Below are positions 9,301-17,242 of a stretch of DNA of 64,000 bases, one piece after another. Below the pieces are notes generated by a model. The model was not told where the DNA came from and made no database searches. It saw only the letters and a program-made list of their open reading frames with translations. The stretch's first letter is position 1. Each line of letters opens with the position of its first letter. Source of the DNA: Thermoplasmata archaeon (GTDB taxonomy: Archaea > Thermoplasmatota > Thermoplasmata > Lutacidiplasmatales > UBA184); contig JBKQUP010000028.1 of assembly GCA_052325545.1 (NCBI GenBank), positions 7,166 to 71,165 of the forward strand. Reading direction: 5' to 3'. The position numbers and the translations under genes are program-made.

Positions 9301-10104
9301 ATGGTTCGCGAACGCAAGCAAAAGCGCCCGCGGAGCCGGGCGGCGGATTCGACCGGGCACGTCCGTCATAACCGCGCCGTTTGGGACCGGGTGAGCGTGG
9401 GATACGACCATCGCCACGCCCGTGTACTCGGCGGCACGTCCGCAACCGCGTGGGGGTTATTCCGGGTACCGGAGAGCCGGATGGGTCTTCTTGGGAATAC
9501 GCGGAGGAAGGTCATCCTCGAGCTCGGTTGCGGCGCGGCCCGCTGGTCGATCGCGCTAGCCCGTGGAGGGGCCCGGCCGACGGGCCTCGACCTTTCGTCG
9601 GTCCAGCTCGCGAAGGCCCGAGAGCTCCAGCGGGAGTCCCACGTACGCTTCCCCCTGGTACGCGCCAGCGCGGAACGGCTCCCGTTCCGGGACGCCGTGT
9701 TCGACCTAATCTTCTGCGACTGGGGAGCGATGACGTTCGCCGACCCGATGCGGTCGGTCCCCGAGTGCGCGCGGGTGCTCCGCCGCGGAGGGGGGTTCGT
9801 GTTCGCGACCGCGAGCCCGCTCCGCTACCTCACGCTCGACCTCGCGAAGGACCGACAATCCCGCCGACTGATTCGACCGTACTTCGGGAGCCACCGCGTC
9901 GACCTGGGGAGCGACGAGGCCATCGAGTTCCAGCTCCCGTACGGAGCCTGGGTCGACCTATTCCGGAAGAACGGTCTCCGCGTGGAGCGACTGGTGGAGA
10001 CGCGCCCAACCCCACGTCGCCGGTCGACGTACCTCGCCCGGGCCGATTCCGACTGGGGCCGGTCCTGGCCGCTCGAGACGATCTGGAAACTGCGCAAGGA
10101 ATGA
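9301..10104 (+). CDS. Class I SAM-dependent methyltransferase
   Basis: ILELGCGAARWS, GLDLSSVQL, SAERLPFRDAVFDLIFCDWGAMTF. Confidence 0.88.
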   Translation: MVRERKQKRPRSRAADSTGHVRHNRAVWDRVSVGYDHRHARVLGGTSATAWGLFRVPESRMGLLGNTRRKVILELGCGAARWSIALARGGARPTGLDLSSVQLAKARELQRESHVRFPLVRASAERLPFRDAVFDLIFCDWGAMTFADPMRSVPECARVLRRGGGFVFATASPLRYLTLDLAKDRQSRRLIRPYFGSHRVDLGSDEAIEFQLPYGAWVDLFRKNGLRVERLVETRPTPRRRSTYLARADSDWGRSWPLETIWKLRKE

Positions 10105-10212
10105 ACGGCCTTTGGGACCGGACGCGCGGCCGCACGCAATTCGTCGTTCCGCGCGACGGGGAGGAGCGACGGGAGCACGCGAGTTTATGACCGCGCACTC
10201 TCTCGCACGCTC

Positions 10213-13200
10213 GTGGAGTCGTATTTTCGGTCGGTCGAGGCCGAGGTCGACCGCGCGTACGTAGTCGCGGAGAAGGCCCGTCACTCCGGCTACGACCCCG
10301 AGGTCACTCCCGAGATCCCGCGTGCCCAGGACATGGCGATGCGCGTCGAGAAACTCCTCTCCCACCTCGGGATCGAAGGGATCTCGACCGAGATCCGCGC
10401 GCTCTCCGCTACCATGCCTCGCGAGGAGGTCGCGCTGACCATCGCCCGCCGGATCGCACGCGACCCGGCCCGGGGCGATTCGGTGGCAGCGCGCGTGGAC
10501 GCCGCGCTCCGGGTCGGCCTCGCGATCCTGACCGAGGGGATCCTCGTCGCTCCGCTCGAGGGGCTGGCCGAGGTCCACGTCCATGAGGACCGGGAGCACG
10601 GCCCGTACATCGAGCTCTACTACGCGGGTCCGATCCGGGCCGCAGGCGGTACCGCTCAGGCCTTGAGCGTGCTGCTTGCCGACGTCGTCCGTCGGGACCT
10701 CGGCTTGGCCGCCTTCCATCCGGAGCCCGACGAGGTGGGGCGCTACAAGGAGGAGATTCCGCTCTACAAGTACCATCAGCATCTCCAGTACGTTCCCACC
10801 CCGGAGGAGATCGACCTCGTAGTCCGCCACGTTCCCGTGGCGATCTCGGGAGAGGCGACCGAAGGCGACGCGGAGGTCAGCGCGTTCCGGAACCTGCCCC
10901 GCGTTCCCACGAACGGGATCCGTGGAGGGGCGTGCCTCGTCATCGCCGAAGGGCTCTGCCAGAAGGCGGCGAAGCTTCGGAAGATCGTCGACAAGCTCGG
11001 GCTCGACGGTTGGGAGTTCCTCTCCGACATCGGCCATAACACCGCCGATGACGAGGAGGCCCGGACGCCGAAGTACCTCCAGGACTCGGTCGGGGGCCGG
11101 CCGGTCCTCGCGCACCCGAACCATCCCGGGGGCTTTCGGCTCGTCTACGGTCGGGCCCGCACGACGGGCCTCGCGGCGTGCGCGATCAACCCGGCGACGA
11201 TGGTGCTCCTCCAGAACTTCGTCGCGATCGGGACCCAGGTCAAGCTCGAGTATCCCGGGAAGGCGACGGCGATGGGGGTCTGCGACACGATCGAGGGTCC
11301 CATCGTCGAGCTCGACGACGGCACGGTCACGGCCGTTCACGACCTCGCGCGAGCGGAGGAGCTCCGTTCGAGGGTGCGGAGGATCGTCGACCTCGGCGAG
11401 ATCCTGGTCTCGTTCGGGGAGTTCCTCGAGAACAACCGTCCCCTCGTCCCCGCGGGGTACTCCCTCGACTGGCACCTCGAAGAACTTCGTGCGGTGGGAG
11501 CCACCGAAGCCGAAGGGCTCACCGTCACCACGTACGAGGACGCCGTGCGGGTCTCCCAAACGTACCGGGTCCCGCTCCATCCCCGCTGGCTCCTCTTCTG
11601 GCACGACCTTACCCCCGGAGAGGTGCGGGCGCTCGGGGAGTTCGTCGAGCGCAGCGGCCATTGGGTCGACAGGTCGCTCGTGATACCTGCGGACCCGTTG
11701 TGGCGGGAAGCCCTCGTGCGGCTCGGTTTCCTTTTCGCCCCGGTCGGCGGGGACGACCTTCGCGGAGAGCCCGACGCATCCGCCGCGCTCGTCGGAGGCC
11801 TCGGCCTCGCATCCGAAGGGGAGCGATTGGTCCGTCGCGCGCCGCTCGACCCGGTCGAGGAGGACACCCTCGCCTACGTGAGCCGTCTCGCCGGGGTCCC
11901 GGTCCGGGCCCGGGGTCCGTCCCGCGTCGGCGGACGCGTCGGCCGTCCGGAGAAGGCCTACCACCGGAGCATGCAACCGAACGTCCACGGGCTCTTCCCG
12001 GTGGGGGCCGCGGGTGGTCCGAAGCGCTCGCTCCCCGACGCGGCTCGCAGAACGATGCGCGAGGGGGTGAAGGTCGACCTCGGGGTCCGGAGCTGTCCGG
12101 CGTGCGGTCGCTCGACCGTCTGGACCCGGTGCCCGTGCGGAGCCCATACGGAGCCCACGGGCCGGACCATCTCCGAGCCCCTGCCGATCGCTCGCCTCTG
12201 GAGCGATGCGCTCGAGCGGCTCCATCTCGGCAAACCCCCCGTGGTGAAGGGAGTCAAGGGGCTCACGTCCCCGGGAAAGGTCCCGGAGGCGATCGAGAAG
12301 GGGATTCTCCGCGCCTCGCACGCGATCTCGGTCTACCAGGACGGTACCGCTCGCTTCGACCTCACCGACCTCCCGCTGACGCACTTCCGCCCGGCCGAGA
12401 TCGGGACCGACATCGCGACCCTGCACCGATTGGGGTACGCCCGGGACTGGTCCGGCGCGCCGCTCACCGACGACGAGCAGCTGGTCGAGCTCCTTCCCCA
12501 GGACCTTATCGTCGCCCGATCGTGCGGGACGTACCTCACCCGTCTCGCTCAGTTCGTGGACGACGAGCTGGTCCGCCTCTACGATGCCGAGCCGTTCTAC
12601 CGCGCCGATCGGCCGGAGCAGCTCGTCGGCCAGATCGTCGTCGCGCTCGCGCCCCACACCTCGGGCGGGGTCGCCGGCCGCCTCCTCGGCTTCACGAACG
12701 CGGAGGCGTGCTTCGCGCATCCGGTGTTCCACGCCGCCAAGCGCCGGAACTGTGACGGGGACGAAGACTCGGTCACGCTCCTGCTCGACGCGCTGCTGAA
12801 CTTCTCACGGTCCTACCTCCCCGACAGTCGGGGCGCGCTCATGGACAAGCCGCTCGTCCTGACCACGCGCCTCGAGGCCACCGAGGTCGACAAGGAGGCG
12901 CACAACGTCGACGTGTCGAGCCACTACCCCCTCGCGCTCTACCGTGCGGCCGCGGAGCGGCGGGACCCCAAGGAGGTCGAGGCACTGCTCGACCTCGTCG
13001 GTCATCGCCTCGGCTCCTCCCGCTCGCTCTCCGGCTACGGGTTCACCCACGACACCCACCGAATCGCGGGCGGGCCGTCGCTCTCCGCCTATCGCGAGGG
13101 TCGACCGATGGCGGAGCTCGTCGAGCGGTCGATCGTGCTCGCGGCGCAGATCCGGGCGGTCGACCTCGCGGAAGCGGTCACGCTCGTGCTGAATGCTCAC

Positions 13201-13620
13201 TTCCTTCCCGACGTGATGGGGAACCTGAGGAGCTTCGGGACGCAGAAGTTCCGGTGCAAGGTCTGCGAGGTCTCCTACCGGCGGCCCCCGCTCACGGGCC
13301 GGTGCGTCGCGCCGCGCCCCGGGGGCCGGTGCGACGGAGAGCTGCTCTCGACCGTGTACGAGGCGTCGGTGCGCAAGTACCTCCCGCTCGCCCAGCGGCT
13401 CGGGGCGATGGAGGGGATCACCCCGTACGTCCGGCAGCGCATCCAGCTCATCGCCGACTCGGTCGCCACGCTCTTCCCCGGGGCCATCTCCCAGACGACG
13501 CTCGATCGGTTCCGCCCGGAGACCGGGCGGCCCCCGTCCCCCGGTGAGGACAACCCGTCGGTTCTGGGTCCGTCGACCCCTTCGGACACCGGGGACGAGG
13601 AGTCCGGAACGTCCAAATAG
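10213..13620 (+). CDS. polC: DNA polymerase D large subunit DP2 (no intein seen)
   Basis: ILTEGILVAPLEG, YYAGPIRAAGGTAQALSV, GRPVLAHP..GGFRLVYGRAR, AKRRNCDGDEDS catalytic motif, RGALMDKPLVL, two Cys zinc-binding clusters; GTG start. Confidence 0.96.
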   Translation: MESYFRSVEAEVDRAYVVAEKARHSGYDPEVTPEIPRAQDMAMRVEKLLSHLGIEGISTEIRALSATMPREEVALTIARRIARDPARGDSVAARVDAALRVGLAILTEGILVAPLEGLAEVHVHEDREHGPYIELYYAGPIRAAGGTAQALSVLLADVVRRDLGLAAFHPEPDEVGRYKEEIPLYKYHQHLQYVPTPEEIDLVVRHVPVAISGEATEGDAEVSAFRNLPRVPTNGIRGGACLVIAEGLCQKAAKLRKIVDKLGLDGWEFLSDIGHNTADDEEARTPKYLQDSVGGRPVLAHPNHPGGFRLVYGRARTTGLAACAINPATMVLLQNFVAIGTQVKLEYPGKATAMGVCDTIEGPIVELDDGTVTAVHDLARAEELRSRVRRIVDLGEILVSFGEFLENNRPLVPAGYSLDWHLEELRAVGATEAEGLTVTTYEDAVRVSQTYRVPLHPRWLLFWHDLTPGEVRALGEFVERSGHWVDRSLVIPADPLWREALVRLGFLFAPVGGDDLRGEPDASAALVGGLGLASEGERLVRRAPLDPVEEDTLAYVSRLAGVPVRARGPSRVGGRVGRPEKAYHRSMQPNVHGLFPVGAAGGPKRSLPDAARRTMREGVKVDLGVRSCPACGRSTVWTRCPCGAHTEPTGRTISEPLPIARLWSDALERLHLGKPPVVKGVKGLTSPGKVPEAIEKGILRASHAISVYQDGTARFDLTDLPLTHFRPAEIGTDIATLHRLGYARDWSGAPLTDDEQLVELLPQDLIVARSCGTYLTRLAQFVDDELVRLYDAEPFYRADRPEQLVGQIVVALAPHTSGGVAGRLLGFTNAEACFAHPVFHAAKRRNCDGDEDSVTLLLDALLNFSRSYLPDSRGALMDKPLVLTTRLEATEVDKEAHNVDVSSHYPLALYRAAAERRDPKEVEALLDLVGHRLGSSRSLSGYGFTHDTHRIAGGPSLSAYREGRPMAELVERSIVLAAQIRAVDLAEAVTLVLNAHFLPDVMGNLRSFGTQKFRCKVCEVSYRRPPLTGRCVAPRPGGRCDGELLSTVYEASVRKYLPLAQRLGAMEGITPYVRQRIQLIADSVATLFPGAISQTTLDRFRPETGRPPSPGEDNPSVLGPSTPSDTGDEESGTSK

Positions 13621-13643
13621 CCGGCGTCCCGTGGAAGGACGGC

Positions 13644-13744
13644 GGGCTTGTGGGGTAGCCTGGACTATCCTGCTGGCCTTCGAAGCCAGCGACCTGGGTT
13701 CGAAATCGCGGAGGTCTACCGCGGCGAAACTCCCAGCAAGCCCG
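13644..13744 (+). tRNA. tRNA-Arg(TCG) with a 26-nt intron (13705-13730) at position 59/60
   Basis: Acceptor GGGCTTG/CAAGCCC (7/7 pairs), G73, A20, anticodon arm CTGGC-CTTCGAA-GCCAG, T-stem CTGGG/CCCAG. The interruption folds into a strict BHB; removing it gives the T-loop TTCGAAT and a 75-nt tRNA. CCA is not encoded. Confidence 0.92.
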
Positions 13745-13764
13745 TCCCCCGCTCCCGTCGCGGA

Positions 13765-14070
13765 CTAGCCGAAGTACCCCGGGGATTGCGGAGGCGCGCT
13801 CCGCTTCTCTTCGTCGGCCTTCACGGCCTCCAGGATGTCGACCGCGAGGATCGCCGGCACCGGAACGAGGCGGACCCGTCCCTTCTCGTCCCCGCCCGAC
13901 CCGTCGAGCTCGATGGCGAGGGTGTTGTCGCCGCCGATCGAGACGAGCCCCCGGAACGTGCCCGTCGAGACGATCGGCTCGCGCTCGGTGCCCGCGGACC
14001 GGACCACGACCTTCGAACCCGGGGTGAGGGCGATCGTCGGCCGCTTCGCCGCGCTCGCGGGATCGCTCAT
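13765..14070 (-). CDS. Conserved-looking hypothetical protein (small beta-barrel, SH3/Sm-like pattern)
   Basis: 101 aa, LTPGSKVVV..STGTFRGLVSIGG..LAIEL..RLVPVPAILAVDIL; 4-nt overlap with the upstream HTH gene. Confidence 0.65.
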   Translation of the reverse strand: MSDPASAAKRPTIALTPGSKVVVRSAGTEREPIVSTGTFRGLVSIGGDNTLAIELDGSGGDEKGRVRLVPVPAILAVDILEAVKADEEKRSAPPQSPGYFG

Positions 14071-14588
14071 CGGTTCCCTCCGCGCTCGCGCCCGGCGGTC
14101 CGGGGCGTGGGGGCGACCTTCGGCGGGATCTCGAGCGCCTTCTTCTCGACCAATGTCTGCAAGTGATTCACCGTCTCCCGATATCGGCGGAGGGCGTTCT
14201 GTGCGTTCGCCTCCGTGAAGTCCCAAGCGCGGGCCAGGTTCCCGTAGCGGAGCCGGTACCCTTTCCGCCCCTTCCCGTCGGTGGCCCCTCCCACCTCCTC
14301 CAGCAGGTCGAGCGCCTTGAGCTTGTTGACATGCCGGTAGACCGTGGGCTTGGACGTCTTGAGCACCGCCGTCAACTCGTCCACGTACCACGCTTTCGAC
14401 GGGTCCTTGAGGAGGCAGTCGCGCACCAGTCGATAGGCGAGGCTCTGCGCGACCGGTCCTTCGGAGCCGCGACCCTCTTCGCCTTCCGGCAGGTAGCCGA
14501 CGAGTCGCAGGAATTCGCGCAGTACCTCGTCCAGGTCGGCGATCGGAGTGAGGGGAGTGCTGTAACGCAACGCGAGTTCGAATGGCAT
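14067..14588 (-). CDS. Winged-helix (ArsR/TrmB-like) transcriptional regulator
   Basis: WYVDELTAVLKTSKPTVYRHVNKLKALDLLEE HTH followed by wing GRKGYRLR; TTTTTTAT TATA-like box ~30 nt upstream. Confidence 0.8.
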   Translation of the reverse strand: MPFELALRYSTPLTPIADLDEVLREFLRLVGYLPEGEEGRGSEGPVAQSLAYRLVRDCLLKDPSKAWYVDELTAVLKTSKPTVYRHVNKLKALDLLEEVGGATDGKGRKGYRLRYGNLARAWDFTEANAQNALRRYRETVNHLQTLVEKKALEIPPKVAPTPRTAGRERGGNR

Positions 14589-14867
14589 GCGGTCCGGTTG
14601 CCAAAGCCGCTCATCAGATAAAAAAGAAGGCGTGAGGCGCCCGCCCGCGGGGCGAAACCGCGGGCTCCCGAGTCGTGCTCCCTCCCCCCGATGGTGTCGC
14701 TCGCGCGGTGCGCTTCCCCGCGCGCCGCCGGGCCGGTCGCAACGCCCGGCACTGGGGTCGGGGGAGGTCGGCGCCTGCGGTGTAACGGGAGCGTGCGTCT
14801 CCGAGCGTCGGCTCTCCGCCGCGCGGGTGGCGCGAGCGCTTAAGCTTCTCCGGCGGTCCCGTTCGCC

Positions 14868-16025
14868 ATGCCGCTCTCCCTCACGGAAGTCCGGGCGCTC
14901 CTCGCCCAATACCCGTCCCCGCCGGTTGTCGGAACGGTCGGTTCTCACTCGGCGATCGACGTCGCCGATGGAGCGGTCACCGAAGGCCTTTCGAGCCTGA
15001 TCCTCGCCCAGACCGGTCGGGACGCGACGTACAGCCGGTACTTCCGGTCCGTCCGGGCTCCCGACGGAACGCGGACGCGGGGGTGCGTCGACGACGTCTG
15101 GACGTTCTCGAAGTTCGCCGATATTGTCTCTCCCGCGGTGCAGGAGCGCCTGCGCTCCTCGGGCGTGCTGATCGTCCCGAACCGGGCGCTCAGCTCCTAC
15201 GTCTCCCTCTCCGCGATCGAGGACGACTTCCGGGTGCCGATCGTGGGCTCGCGCTCGATGCTGCGGATCGAGGAACGAAGCGAGCGCGAGAACTACTACA
15301 CGCTCCTCGAACGGGCCGGTATCTCCACCCCCCGCAAGATCCCGACGCCCGACGCGATCGACCGCCTCGCGATCGTGAAACTGCCCCACGCGACCCGTCG
15401 GCTCGAACGCGGGTTCTTCACCGTGGCCAGTCCGGAGGCGTACCGAGCGAAAGTCGAGCGGTTGGTCGCACGAGGGACGGTCGACCCGGCCGACCTCGCG
15501 ACGGCGCGGATCGAGGAGTACGTCCTCGGCCCGGTGTTTAACTTCAACTTCTTCTTCTCCCCGCTCGTCCCGCGCGAGGACGGGCTCGAGCTGCTCGGGG
15601 TCGACGAGCGACGCGAGAGCAACCTCGACGGTCTCGTCCGTTTGCCGGCCGCGCAGCAGCTCGAGCTCAGCGACTCCGACCGGATCCCCGAGTACACGGT
15701 CGTGGGTCACGGGACGCTGACCGTCCGGGAGTCCATCCTGGAGGAGGTGTTCCGCATGGGGGAGAAGTTCGTCGACGCGGCCCGTGCTCAGTACCCGCCG
15801 GGGATCATCGGCCCGTTCTGCCTTCAGACGTGCATCGACCGGAACGGGCACCCGTCCGTCTTCGACGTCGCGGCCCGGATCGGAGGCGGGACGAACGTCC
15901 ACCTCGCGCTCGGCCATCCGTACGGGAACGCGCTCTGGCGGACCCCGATGAGCAGCGGCCGTCGGGTCGCCCTCGAGATCCGGCGCGCCTCCGAGCAAGG
16001 CCGCCTCTCGGAGATCGTCACATGA
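14868..16025 (+). CDS. purP: PurP-family ATP-grasp protein (formate-dependent AICAR transformylase-like)
   Basis: VGTVGSHSAIDVADGA..EG, VPNRALSSY, PIVGSRSMLRIEER, RGFFTV, IEEYVLGPVFNFNFF, GPFCLQ, DVAARIGGGTN. Confidence 0.85.
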   Translation: MPLSLTEVRALLAQYPSPPVVGTVGSHSAIDVADGAVTEGLSSLILAQTGRDATYSRYFRSVRAPDGTRTRGCVDDVWTFSKFADIVSPAVQERLRSSGVLIVPNRALSSYVSLSAIEDDFRVPIVGSRSMLRIEERSERENYYTLLERAGISTPRKIPTPDAIDRLAIVKLPHATRRLERGFFTVASPEAYRAKVERLVARGTVDPADLATARIEEYVLGPVFNFNFFFSPLVPREDGLELLGVDERRESNLDGLVRLPAAQQLELSDSDRIPEYTVVGHGTLTVRESILEEVFRMGEKFVDAARAQYPPGIIGPFCLQTCIDRNGHPSVFDVAARIGGGTNVHLALGHPYGNALWRTPMSSGRRVALEIRRASEQGRLSEIVT

Positions 16026-17206
16026 CGGACCCGGCTCCCCCGACCGCGGCCCCGCTCCGTCGCACGGCCCTCTACGACTTCCACCGCCGGCACGGAGCCC
16101 ACATCGTCCCGTTCGCGGGCTGGGAGATGCCGCTCTACTACACCAGCATCCTGGCCGAGCACCGCGCGGTCCGGGAAGGGGCCGGCGTGTTCGACGTCTC
16201 CCACATGGGGATCCTCACGGTCGAAGGGGCCCACGCCGCGGACCTCCTCGGCCGACGTACGACCGCGAACGTCCCGGCCCTCACCCCCGAACAGGTCCGC
16301 TACACGTTCCTGCTCGAAGCGACGGGGTTCATCGTGGACGACCTCCTGGTCAGCCGTCTCGACAGCGGCGAAGAACTGACCCGCTCGTTCCTGGCCGTTC
16401 CGAACGCGAGCCGAGCGGACGAGATCGAGGAGATCCTGCGCCAGCACCGCAGCCCCGACACGACAATCGGTCGGTGGAACGGTCCGGTGGCCCTGCTCGC
16501 GGTCCAAGGGCCCAAGTCGCGGTCGGTCCTCGAGTCGCTGTTCCCGTGGGACCTATCGGGACTTCCGTTCTATCACGTGCGTTTCTTCCCGAAGAAGGAC
16601 GGTACCGGCCCCCGTTCCGGCCGCCTCGGGCTGCGGCTGCCCGGCGCGCTCGCCGACTACCTGCTCGTGAGCCGGACCGGTTACACGGGAGAGCTCGGAT
16701 ACGAGGTGTTCGTCCCCGCGGCGGAGGCGGACGCGCTCGCCGAGCGCCTCCTCGCGGCGGGCGTCGTGCCGGTCGGACTCGGCGCGCGCGACACCCTTCG
16801 CCTCGAGAAGGGGTACCTTCTCTCGGGGCAGGAGTTCCACCGGGACCACACCCCGCTCGAGGCCGGTCAGGAGCGGTTCGTCGACTTCGACCACGTGTTC
16901 GTCGGGAGCCCGGCGCTCGAGAAGGAACGCGCCGAGGGCCCGAAGCGCCGGCTCGTCGGGATTGAGGTCGACGAGGCGGACGCGATCCCGCGCCACGGCA
17001 CGCCGATCCGGTCGGCTGGTAAGCCGGTGACCGAGGCGACGAGCGGAGGGCTCTCTCCAACGCTCGGAAAGGGGATCGCCCTTGCCTACCTTCCGAGCGA
17101 GCTCGCCGCGCCCGGGACCGCGTTGACCCTCGAAATCCGCGGCCGCGAGGTCGCGGGCCGGGTCGTGCCGCTGCCGTTCCTCAAAGCCGCTAAGACGCGT
17201 ACGTAA
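16022..17206 (+). CDS. gcvT: Glycine cleavage system aminomethyltransferase T
   Basis: RTALYDFH..FAGWEMPLYY, EHRAVRE.AGVFDVSHMG, SRTGYTGELGYE, GLGARDTLRLEKGY, SPTLGKGIALAY. Confidence 0.93.
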   Translation: MTDPAPPTAAPLRRTALYDFHRRHGAHIVPFAGWEMPLYYTSILAEHRAVREGAGVFDVSHMGILTVEGAHAADLLGRRTTANVPALTPEQVRYTFLLEATGFIVDDLLVSRLDSGEELTRSFLAVPNASRADEIEEILRQHRSPDTTIGRWNGPVALLAVQGPKSRSVLESLFPWDLSGLPFYHVRFFPKKDGTGPRSGRLGLRLPGALADYLLVSRTGYTGELGYEVFVPAAEADALAERLLAAGVVPVGLGARDTLRLEKGYLLSGQEFHRDHTPLEAGQERFVDFDHVFVGSPALEKERAEGPKRRLVGIEVDEADAIPRHGTPIRSAGKPVTEATSGGLSPTLGKGIALAYLPSELAAPGTALTLEIRGREVAGRVVPLPFLKAAKTRT

Positions 17207-17242
17207 ATACTGCGTGCATCCCATCTACTCGGGGCGAGAACG

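Noticed and set aside
9958-12732. 924-aa minus-strand ORF (likewise 18158-20470, 29116-31146, 47143-49047, 59668-61791 and many Arg/Pro/Gly-rich ORFs)
   Set aside because: Antisense or alternate-frame shadows of well-supported genes; expected from high GC3 bias; no motifs.
10213-13620. Inteins in polC, nrdJ or atpA (common insertion hosts)
   Set aside because: Lengths are normal, catalytic motifs are contiguous, and no C..HN/C splice signatures were seen.
14590-14867. ZTP riboswitch, SRP RNA or RNase P RNA upstream of purP
   Set aside because: Conserved cores (CGCCUGGGC pseudoknot, GCCAGG..GGAAG..AGCA, GAGGAAAGUCC) are absent; kept only as a generic structured-RNA candidate.
14067-15998. 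643-aa ORF in the track
   Set aside because: Only the last 173 codons (from ATG 14588) encode the HTH protein; the rest is antisense to purP. The same over-extension affects the track ORFs for polX, hutI, rnz, atpB, atpE, L37e and Sm.
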